In this document: positions 19,881 through 27,715 of the stretch, piece after piece | How the letters are laid out: each line of letters starts with the position of its first letter | Numbering within the stretch: the stretch's first letter is position 1 | Assembly (NCBI GenBank): GCA_039028615.1 | Contig: JBCCHT010000007.1 | Coordinates: 128,001-192,000 of the forward strand | Direction: 5' to 3' | From: Myxococcota bacterium | Lineage (GTDB): Bacteria; Myxococcota_A; Polyangia; Nannocystales; Nannocystaceae | DNA length: 64,000 nucleotides | Made by a program: the position numbers and the translations under genes | Notes under the pieces: generated by a model | The model's database searches: none | Seen by the model: only the letters and a program-made list of their open reading frames with translations | What the model was told of the DNA's origin: nothing

Positions 19881-20587
19881 GGTTCGCTCGTCTTGCCCGG
19901 TTCCGAGCGAAAGCGATAGCCGACCCCTCGCAGGGTCTCGATATACGCGCTGGCCGTCCCCAGCTTCTTGCGCAGCCGTCGGACGTGGGTATCCACCGTC
20001 CGCGTGGTCACGTCACCGCTCATCTCCCAGACGTGGCTGAGCAGAATCTCGCGGGTCTGCACCCGACCCCGGCGATGCATCAAGGTCTTGAGCAGGCGGA
20101 ACTCCAGCGCGGTGAGGACGACCTCCTCGCCCTCGACCCAGACGCGGTGCCCCTCGAGATCGAGTCGCAGCGCCTCGAAGGACATGCCCTCGGGCTCGGG
20201 TGCGGCACCGACCTCGGTGCGGCGCAGGATCGCCCGGATGCGGAGCACGAGCTCGCGCACGCTGAAGGGCTTGGTCACGTAGTCGTCCGCGCCGACCTCG
20301 AAGCCCACCACGCGATCGATGGGGTCGGTCTTGGCGGTCAACATCAGGACCGGGACCCGGCGCGTTTGTGCGCCCTGGCGAAGCTGACGACAGACCTCGG
20401 TGCCGGGGATGTCCGGCAGCATCAAGTCGAGCACGACCAGGTCGGGCACCTGCGCCCCGCGGCTGTATTCGAGGGCCGCGCTGCCCGTGCCCACGACCGC
20501 GGTACGGAACCCCTCTTGCTCGAGATTGAAGGAGATCGTCTGGGCGAGGTCGGCCTCGTCTTCGACGATGAGGATTTGCTCGGACAT
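19877..20587 (-). CDS. phoB: PhoB-like OmpR-family response regulator
   Basis: ILIVEDE, LDLMLPD, GADDYVTKPFS, TRTVDTHVRRLR.KLG and IETLRGVGY; 4-bp overlap with the kinase. Confidence 0.8.
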   Translation of the reverse strand: MSEQILIVEDEADLAQTISFNLEQEGFRTAVVGTGSAALEYSRGAQVPDLVVLDLMLPDIPGTEVCRQLRQGAQTRRVPVLMLTAKTDPIDRVVGFEVGADDYVTKPFSVRELVLRIRAILRRTEVGAAPEPEGMSFEALRLDLEGHRVWVEGEEVVLTALEFRLLKTLMHRRGRVQTREILLSHVWEMSGDVTTRTVDTHVRRLRKKLGTASAYIETLRGVGYRFRSEPGKTSEP

Positions 20588-20628
20588 CGAGGCTCCGCGT
20601 CCGACTTACCACAGCGGGCGCGCATGAT

Positions 20629-20665
20629 GTCACGGGCACGTGACGGCGAGGTAAAGGGCAGTCAC
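20629..20665 (-). promoter_or_regulatory. Putative Pho-box-like direct repeats upstream of phoB
   Basis: GTCAC (20629), GTGAC (20640), GTAAA (20651), GTCAC (20661): spacing 11, 11, 10. Confidence 0.45.
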
Positions 20666-20697
20666 GCGGCCAATTTGCGCAATCGCGCGGATTCCGC

Positions 20698-22851
20698 CTA
20701 TTGCTCGCACATGCTCTTGAGGTTGAGCCCGTTGAACGCGGTGGCGGGCGCAGCTCCGAGTGCAACGAACTCGATGCCGCAACGGCGATGGACGGGCTTG
20801 CCCGTCTCGGCGTCGAGCACCACGGCGCCCGTGCTCGCCGCGACCGCGACGAAGCGATCGTCGGGAGACCACACCAGCTCGTTATGGAAGACGCCGGTCG
20901 AGAAGCTCCAGCGCTCCTCGAGGCTCGTGCTGTCGTGGGCCGACAGCGACGTGCTCTGGCCCCGCTGGTGGATGGCCAGGAAGGCCTTGCCCGAAGGCGA
21001 AGGCACGATCCCGCTGATGTCGCCCGAGGCCGCGACCTTGGTCTTGACCTCGCCGTCCGCGTCGACGAACAGCTCCATCGTCGAGCCGTTCCAGCGCACG
21101 CCGTAGTGTCGCCCGTCGCGATCGATGGCCAGCGGCGCCACCTTGCCCGGCAAGATCGCGTCGCCCTTGGCCATGACGTCGGTCTGGCTGGGATCGCCCC
21201 GCAGCTCCTCGAGCCCGTAGTGGCGCAGCTTGTTGGCGCTGTCGAGGGTCCACATGATCGCCTCGGGATGCCGCTTGGTGCCCTCGGCCAGCAACCCCGA
21301 GCGGAACGCCTGGTCGGCCACGATGTAGGGGCCGGCGAAGCCCTCGGTGCTGACCTCGAACAGCCGCGCGTCGTTGTTGTGGCGCTCGATGAGCATCACC
21401 CCGAGGCTCGGCTCGAAGTGCAGCGCCCGGATGCCGCCCTGGATCCCGGCCGCATCCACGTGGGTCCCGTCGCGCCAGCGGTGCAGCAAGATGCCGCCCA
21501 TGTTGCTGATGCTGACCAGGTGCTCCTCGTCGAGGAAGCGAACCTTGAGCGTGCCCACGCCCGGCTCGCTGTTGATCTCGAAACGCTCGCCCTCGTTGTC
21601 GCCGAGCCCCTCCACGAAGATCGGGCCGCTCATGTAGGCCCACGCGACCCACTGCCCCTTTGGGGAGATGCCCACCGACTGGGTCTGGAAGTCGCGATAC
21701 CCGAGGTAGCGATGCGAGCGGTCGTCGACGTCGTGCACGTACAGCCAGCTACCGTGGGCGGCGGCCTGGATGCCCGCGCCCACCGCCTGCGCTCGCCCCT
21801 GGGTGACGAAGTCCTGCGGCGCCGAGGCCCGCGGGTGGTTCGAGCCGTCGTCGAGGTCGACGAGCCACGACAGGCTGCCCTCGGCGGTGCTCACCAACAG
21901 GTGGTCGTTGGAGACGAAGCCGAGGTTGGGGACCACGTGGGCGGGCACGCGAACGGTGACCTTCTTGGCCTCGACCTTCTCGGCCAAGTCGATCACCGCC
22001 AGCTCCCACTCGTTGTTCGTGGGCCGGTCGACCACCACGAAACGGGTGGCATCGGGAGAAAGCACGGCGGTGGTCTCGGTGGCCACCTGCGAGGGGGTGG
22101 CCGGTCGTGCCGCTCCGTGCAGTCGCAGGCGGGGCCCTTCGCCCCCGTCGTCCTCCACGACGCGCATGGACTGGACCTCGAACTCATTGCCGTTGCCCCG
22201 GGTCAGGGCCACGAAGCGCTTGCCGTCGGCGCCCAGACGCAGCGAGGTGGGGCGGAAGCGGCTCTCCTCGAAGCGGAACAGCTCCTGCGCCGTGCGGTCG
22301 ACGAGGCGAATGCTGTGGTCTCGGAACAGCGCCAGGGCCCGCTCGCCTCCGGGCAGGACATAGATGCCGAACAGGGGCTGGAAGGGGGCCAGCGCGCCGA
22401 GCTCGGCCACCTCGCCCTGCTCGTCCACGTCGAAGATCTTGGCGCCACCGGCCGAGTCGACCACGGCCACGGTGAAGCCGTCGCCGCGCGGCTGCACGGA
22501 GAACTGCTGCGGCCCCTGCACGGGAATGGGCAGCGGCTCCCGGCTACCATCGAGGGCGGGCCATAGCCTCGTGCCGCCGATCTGGTCGCGGCTCAGCGCC
22601 GCCGCGCCATCGCTGGAGATGGCGACCATGTCGATGTTGGAGGTGTGGGCCACCCCCGGCCGCGAGTACGGGACTCCGCTCGCGGGACCCTGGCCGTCGT
22701 TGGGACCGGCCGTGCCCTCCGAGGGCTTGTCCGTCCCCTCGCGGGGGGTATGGCATGCGCCCAGGTTCGAGACGGCGACGAGCGCCAGCGCTCCCGCCAT
22801 GAACGAAGCAACGCGCCCGACGAGGGCGCGTGCGAAGTGGTCACCGGACAT
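20698..22851 (-). CDS. Lipoprotein with WD40-like beta-propeller(s)
   Basis: Lipobox LGAC; repeated SPDG/SPKG/SPSG turns; C-terminal LVWSPDDRFVAVA. Confidence 0.75.
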   Translation of the reverse strand: MSGDHFARALVGRVASFMAGALALVAVSNLGACHTPREGTDKPSEGTAGPNDGQGPASGVPYSRPGVAHTSNIDMVAISSDGAAALSRDQIGGTRLWPALDGSREPLPIPVQGPQQFSVQPRGDGFTVAVVDSAGGAKIFDVDEQGEVAELGALAPFQPLFGIYVLPGGERALALFRDHSIRLVDRTAQELFRFEESRFRPTSLRLGADGKRFVALTRGNGNEFEVQSMRVVEDDGGEGPRLRLHGAARPATPSQVATETTAVLSPDATRFVVVDRPTNNEWELAVIDLAEKVEAKKVTVRVPAHVVPNLGFVSNDHLLVSTAEGSLSWLVDLDDGSNHPRASAPQDFVTQGRAQAVGAGIQAAAHGSWLYVHDVDDRSHRYLGYRDFQTQSVGISPKGQWVAWAYMSGPIFVEGLGDNEGERFEINSEPGVGTLKVRFLDEEHLVSISNMGGILLHRWRDGTHVDAAGIQGGIRALHFEPSLGVMLIERHNNDARLFEVSTEGFAGPYIVADQAFRSGLLAEGTKRHPEAIMWTLDSANKLRHYGLEELRGDPSQTDVMAKGDAILPGKVAPLAIDRDGRHYGVRWNGSTMELFVDADGEVKTKVAASGDISGIVPSPSGKAFLAIHQRGQSTSLSAHDSTSLEERWSFSTGVFHNELVWSPDDRFVAVAASTGAVVLDAETGKPVHRRCGIEFVALGAAPATAFNGLNLKSMCEQ

Positions 22852-22861
22852 CGACCCTTCT

Positions 22862-24877
22862 TTACAAGGTCTCGAGGTATTGCACCAGGTCGTCGATCTG
22901 CGGGTCGGTCAGCGTCGCGATCTGTCCCATGCCGTGGATGCTGGCGTTGCCGCGAAGCAGGGCCTCGAGCGTGCGAGCACTTCCGTCGTGGTAGTAGGGC
23001 GCGCTGGTGGCCAACCCGACGAGCGACGGAGTGTCGACATCGCTGAGGTTGGTGTCGAGATCGTACTGCTGCTGGTCGGTGAAGAGCGGACCGTAGTGGC
23101 ACGACGCGCACCCGGTGACATCGCTCTCGAACAGCTCCTTGCCGCGTGCGACGGCCATGGGGTCTTCGACGGAGGGAGCCCGGGGCGGCTCGACACTCTC
23201 GAGGAAGGCCGCGAGTTCATCGGCCTGGGTGACATTGATGCCGAAGCCGCCGAGTCGCTGGACGGTGTTGGTCAAGCTGGAGCGGATGTCGGGATCCTTG
23301 CCGTCCCACTTGAAGGGATGCGCCCCCGCGATGCGACCGCCGAGCAGCGGAGTCTGGAGGTTGCTGCCCTGCAGGCGCCAGGAGAGACCATCGGCCCGGG
23401 TCTCGGCGTGGCAGCTGGCGCAGGCCATGGCCCCGAAGGTGGAGATCTCTTGGGCGTTGCCGCGGCGGAACAGCTCGCGACCACGCTGGGCCTCCGCGGA
23501 CAGGCGGCTGTCGGCCAGCTCGCCGGAGTGGGATACGAGCACGGGCGCCGCGTTGGTGGCCGGGTCGCCCGCCAGGCGAACGACGCGACGGGTGAGCGAG
23601 CAGTACACGAGTACCTGCCCGTTGCTGGGGTCGACGGCGAGGCCGTCGGGGCCGCATGCACCGTGGGTGTCCGCGACCTTGTGCTGCCAGCTGGCGTGGA
23701 CCGAGGCCTGCGAGACATCGGCCACGGCGAGCACGTTGTCGGAGCCGAAGCCCGCGACGTAGAGGGTGTCGCTGTTGCCGTCGTAGGCCAGCGCCCGGGG
23801 CTGGTGCAGGTTGGTCGCCGCCATCGCGGTGCGGACGGAGCCGCTGTCGCCCGCCTCGGGCGTGGCGAAGAACGCGAGCCGGTGGTTGATGGGCGAGGTG
23901 AAGCCGTTGCCGCCACCGTAGCCGGAGGCCTCGGACTCGAAGTCGCCGCTGGCCAGGTGAGGCGTGCTCAGCTGGTGCGGCACGACGGCGATGTTGTGGC
24001 CGACGTAGGCCACGCCGAACGCGTTGCGGGCGAAGCTCTTGCCCTCGTCGCTCATCGGGTCGAGGGCGCTGGGCGTGCCGCCGGAGCCGTTGCCGAACGA
24101 GTTGTGCAGGCCCACCTGCGGGCTGGCGGTGCGGGTGCCGGGGTCGAGCGTCATGAACGACATGCGCGGCGTCGACGTGCTGAGGTCGACCCGGGCCACG
24201 GCCCCGGTGGTGAGGAAGGTGACCATGGCCTCGTGCCCCTGCGGGGAGATGGCCACGCCGCGCGGCTCGGGGCCGAGCTCGAGGTTCCACTCGGGCATGC
24301 CCGTGCCCACGTTGAACGCGGTGAGAGTGCGGTCGGCGACGGTGGTGACGAGCAGCGTGCGACCGTCGGGGGACAGCGCGAGACCGAAGGGCTCGGCCTT
24401 GGTGGAGAACGCGTCGACCTGGGTGAGCTCGCCCTTGGCCAGGCTCACCACCACGATGCGATCGCCCGTGCGGTCGGTGACGAAGAGCCGCTCGTTCGCA
24501 TCGTCGACCACCAGCTGAGCCGCGCCCGGGCCGACGGCGAGCTCGGTGACCTTGTTGCCCTGCGCGTCGGTGCGGACGAGCATGCCGCTGTCGGGGTCGA
24601 TGACCACCGCGCCGCTGCGATAGACGGCGATGGTGCTGCCGTGCAGCGACGCGGGCACCGCGTTCGATGCCGGAGCCTGGCCCTCACCGACGGGCGAGTC
24701 GGCCAGGGTGAAGGGCCCCGGGTCGACTTGGCCGCCCATGAAGCGCCCGTCGAACTCCTGAAAGACCTCGACCTCCCGCTGCTGAACGATCGACTTGCTA
24801 CGAGCCTCGGCGATTCCCCAGGCCGAAGTGGCGATGAGGCAGCTCAGGGCGGTGACGGTCAGATGGGCTCGGGGCAT
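22862..24877 (-). CDS. YVTN-type beta-propeller fused to di-heme cytochrome c (CcP/MauG-like) domain
   Basis: Signal peptide; EPFGLALSPDG and EPRGVAISP blades; two CASCH heme motifs; TPSLVGL...APYYHDGS. Confidence 0.85.
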   Translation of the reverse strand: MPRAHLTVTALSCLIATSAWGIAEARSKSIVQQREVEVFQEFDGRFMGGQVDPGPFTLADSPVGEGQAPASNAVPASLHGSTIAVYRSGAVVIDPDSGMLVRTDAQGNKVTELAVGPGAAQLVVDDANERLFVTDRTGDRIVVVSLAKGELTQVDAFSTKAEPFGLALSPDGRTLLVTTVADRTLTAFNVGTGMPEWNLELGPEPRGVAISPQGHEAMVTFLTTGAVARVDLSTSTPRMSFMTLDPGTRTASPQVGLHNSFGNGSGGTPSALDPMSDEGKSFARNAFGVAYVGHNIAVVPHQLSTPHLASGDFESEASGYGGGNGFTSPINHRLAFFATPEAGDSGSVRTAMAATNLHQPRALAYDGNSDTLYVAGFGSDNVLAVADVSQASVHASWQHKVADTHGACGPDGLAVDPSNGQVLVYCSLTRRVVRLAGDPATNAAPVLVSHSGELADSRLSAEAQRGRELFRRGNAQEISTFGAMACASCHAETRADGLSWRLQGSNLQTPLLGGRIAGAHPFKWDGKDPDIRSSLTNTVQRLGGFGINVTQADELAAFLESVEPPRAPSVEDPMAVARGKELFESDVTGCASCHYGPLFTDQQQYDLDTNLSDVDTPSLVGLATSAPYYHDGSARTLEALLRGNASIHGMGQIATLTDPQIDDLVQYLETL

Positions 24878-24889
24878 GGGCGTTCCTAA

Positions 24890-24915
24890 TGACGGTTGAA
24901 CGGCGGATTTGTTCC
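24890..24915 (-). promoter_or_regulatory. Putative ECF sigma-factor promoter
   Basis: Minus strand reads GGAAC-N16-CGTCA, ending 13 nt before the ATG at 24877. Confidence 0.6.
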
Positions 24916-24960
24916 ACGGGCGACGAAGAATCTCGGCAAAGCTTCAAAAATCGTCGTAGG

Positions 24961-25935
24961 TCAGGATTCTCGTGCGTTCATGGCGAGATCCCGGGCATTG
25001 CGCAGGCGTTGGAGCTCAACCTGTGAACGCCCGCCGTGGCGTCTTGCTTGCACCACAAAAAACCGCGCGAGCTCGGCATCGATCCGATGGTCGTCCTTCA
25101 CGTCGCGGCGGCGATATTCGAAGATCGTCTTCTGGGTCCACGGGTCGAAACCGTCGGTGCCCAGGCTTTCGTCCGGCTCGAGGAAGATCGGAGAGGTGGG
25201 CACCACGATACGGACGGGCGAACCCTCCTCCGATTGCACGGTCCACACCGCGACGACGTGATTCCACTGGGGCCAAAACAGCCCGATGTGCCGTACGCCG
25301 AGCTTTCGCGCCACGAATGCGAACAACGCGGAGAGTTCGTCGCACTCGGCCGTCGCGGTGGGCACGGGCGCGTCGTCGTCGGATCCCTCCGCGCGACGCC
25401 ACTGCTTCCAGATCTGATCGGAGTTGGGCTTTTCGTTGGTGATGTCCCAGTGCAGGTGCCAAAACCCGCCATCGCGCGTGGCCTCGAACGCGAGCTTCAC
25501 GCGCACGTAGTCGCGATACAGGGCCTCGGAGTCGGACAGTCCCTTGGCCTCGAGCAGGGCCTCGTAGTCCGCGCGCACCGTGGGTAGCTCGGCCATGTCG
25601 GTGGCGATGGCATCGAGCTGCTCGATGAGCTCCCGGACTCGAACGCGATCCCGGCCCTCGAAGGGCTCGGGCGCCTCGGCGAGTACCTCGGCGGGGGAGA
25701 CCTCAGCCTCGGCCTCGGCTGGAGCCAAAACCTCGGCCTCAACGTCGGAAGCCGCAATTTCGGGCGCTTTGGGGGCATCTGCGGGGGCGAGTGCCGACTC
25801 GGCGGGGGCCGAATCGACCTGCCCGACGGGGCTGGGCTCGGGCTCTTCGACCACCGAAGGGCCCGCCGAAGCACGACAGCCGGCCAGCATCATGCCGACC
25901 ACGAGCGACCCGAGCACGACCTTGTGTCCCCTCAC
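24961..25935 (-). CDS. Lipoprotein with transglutaminase/papain-like domain
   Basis: Lipobox LAGC; Ala/Glu/Pro linker; AECDELSALF...NHVVAVW Cys/His spacing. Confidence 0.6.
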   Translation of the reverse strand: MRGHKVVLGSLVVGMMLAGCRASAGPSVVEEPEPSPVGQVDSAPAESALAPADAPKAPEIAASDVEAEVLAPAEAEAEVSPAEVLAEAPEPFEGRDRVRVRELIEQLDAIATDMAELPTVRADYEALLEAKGLSDSEALYRDYVRVKLAFEATRDGGFWHLHWDITNEKPNSDQIWKQWRRAEGSDDDAPVPTATAECDELSALFAFVARKLGVRHIGLFWPQWNHVVAVWTVQSEEGSPVRIVVPTSPIFLEPDESLGTDGFDPWTQKTIFEYRRRDVKDDHRIDAELARFFVVQARRHGGRSQVELQRLRNARDLAMNARES

Positions 25936-26053
25936 CGCACAGCCGAACGAACGACCTTTGGGATCGATTTCCCTCGGCGATTTTTTTTGCACTCGCGATT
26001 CGCGCCGCTGAAGTTGTCCCTCGATCGGCGCGTCGAAGCCCTTGCCTACCGAT

Positions 26054-26118
26054 GACCCCCCGGGGTCCAGGGGGGCTTCCCCCGGGTGAGCGTCGATCCA
26101 CCCGAGGGGACGCCCTCC
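26054..26118. repeat. REP-like palindromic element
   Basis: GACCCC-CC-GGGGTC hairpin, then a ~19-bp imperfect stem GGGGGGCTTCCCCCGGGTG / CACCCGAGGGGACGCCCTCC, lying between divergent genes. Confidence 0.5.
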
Positions 26119-26175
26119 ATATTCAGTCGGGAGCGCCCTCTACCGGATCTTCGTTTTGCACCGAAAACTAACGGT

Positions 26176-27120
26176 GTGAGATCGATATGTTGGTGGATGG
26201 TGGGGGCAGCGGTGGCGCTGCTCGGATCGGAGACAGCGGAGGCCAGCGGAGGCCGCCTCGAAGCCGCGCGCGCGAGCACGACCCAGAGCGCGGCCACGGC
26301 CCCCTCGGGCTCGCATGCCGCTCGCCCCGTCCGGACGCAGCGGCGCTTCAACCCCAACCGGCCGTATCCGTACGGACGCGTCACGGCCCCGCGACGGACA
26401 CGGACCACGACCCACGTCGTCACCTATCGAGTGGTGCGGGGCCAGCCCCAGCCCGTCGCCACCCCTGCGCCTCAGCCCCTGGGACCCGCCGCCGAGACCC
26501 CGCGCCTCAACGAGGCCCCCGCCCGACCGCCCTTCCGCCGCTACGCGCATCGCTATCCCTATGAAGCGCGGACCAGCGGGTGGGTGTCGAATGCCTGGAA
26601 GCCCGACCTCGAGACCGACCGCGCCGTGGCTGGCCGAGCGACGGCCGAGGGCTCGTATCTGTTCGGTGGACTGGTGCGCTCGGGCTTCTCGGCGCGCTTC
26701 GGCTCCCCGCGGGTCCAGGCCGACACGCAGCTGTCGTCGTATCTCGACCTCGCCCATCGCGACACGCTGTTTTTGGGTGATACCTCGCTGAGCCTGGCCC
26801 CCATCGCCCTGCCGCAGATCGTCTGGCGCGTCGGGGTCGGAGCCCGCTACATGTTCGATGCTCGCTTCCCCCCCACCAGCGCGGCCCCGCGAGCGCTGGG
26901 CTGGAACATGAGCACGGGCGTCGATGTGTTTCCCGGGGCGCCCTTCGTGCTGTCGGCCCGAGTCGATCGCGGCCAGCTCGGCGTCGCTCCGGTGTGGCGA
27001 GCCCGCGCCACCGCGGGCCTCATTCGCAAGCGCTTCGAGTTGTTCGCCGGCTACGACCACACGCAGATCGACCGCGTCGCCCTCGGTGGCCCGCTGCTGG
27101 GGCTCCGGGCCTGGCTATAG
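26176..27120 (+). CDS. Putative outer-membrane beta-barrel protein
   Basis: Signal-like N-terminus, basic/Pro linker, alternating beta-strands, terminal LGLRAWL. Confidence 0.65.
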   Translation: MRSICWWMVGAAVALLGSETAEASGGRLEAARASTTQSAATAPSGSHAARPVRTQRRFNPNRPYPYGRVTAPRRTRTTTHVVTYRVVRGQPQPVATPAPQPLGPAAETPRLNEAPARPPFRRYAHRYPYEARTSGWVSNAWKPDLETDRAVAGRATAEGSYLFGGLVRSGFSARFGSPRVQADTQLSSYLDLAHRDTLFLGDTSLSLAPIALPQIVWRVGVGARYMFDARFPPTSAAPRALGWNMSTGVDVFPGAPFVLSARVDRGQLGVAPVWRARATAGLIRKRFELFAGYDHTQIDRVALGGPLLGLRAWL

Positions 27121-27156
27121 CCCCGAGCCGGTCGACTGAGCGTATGCTCCCGGGCC

Positions 27157-27711
27157 GTGGCGCCCTCTCTCACCGTCGCCCTGCTCCACCACCCCGTGCT
27201 CAACCGCCTGGGCGAGGAGATCGTCTCCACCGTCGACCACTTCGACGTGATGGATGCATCGCGGCTCGCCCTGACCTACGCCGTGCGTCGCTTCTATGTG
27301 GTCAACCGGGTGCCCGCGCAACGAGCCCTGGTCGAGCGGCTGATCAACCACGGCAACCGTGAAGGCGAGCGCGACGAGGCCCGGGGGAGCTTCGACAAGA
27401 CGCGATGGGCCCCCGACCTCGACGCGGTGATCGCCGAGCACGAGGACGACCTGGGCGTGCGACCGACCGTGCTGGCCACCAGCGCCAAGCCCAGCGACGA
27501 CACGCTCGACTTCGTATCGGCCCGGAAGCGACTGCACGACGGTGAGCCCATGCTGCTGCTCATCGGCAAGGCCTGGGGTCTCGCGCCGCGGGTCTTCGAG
27601 CAGGCCGACCACCGCCTCGAGCCCATCGATGGCGGCACCCGGTTCAATCACCTGTCGGTGCGTAGCGCGACGGCCATCTTGATCGACCGGCTGCTGGCCC
27701 CCGCGCGCTGA
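27157..27711 (+). CDS. SPOUT-type RNA methyltransferase (TrmD-associated family)
   Basis: VALLHHPVLNR.GE, LLLIGKAWGL and FNHLSVRSATAILIDRL. Confidence 0.8.
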   Translation: MAPSLTVALLHHPVLNRLGEEIVSTVDHFDVMDASRLALTYAVRRFYVVNRVPAQRALVERLINHGNREGERDEARGSFDKTRWAPDLDAVIAEHEDDLGVRPTVLATSAKPSDDTLDFVSARKRLHDGEPMLLLIGKAWGLAPRVFEQADHRLEPIDGGTRFNHLSVRSATAILIDRLLAPAR

Positions 27712-27715
27712 GGGC

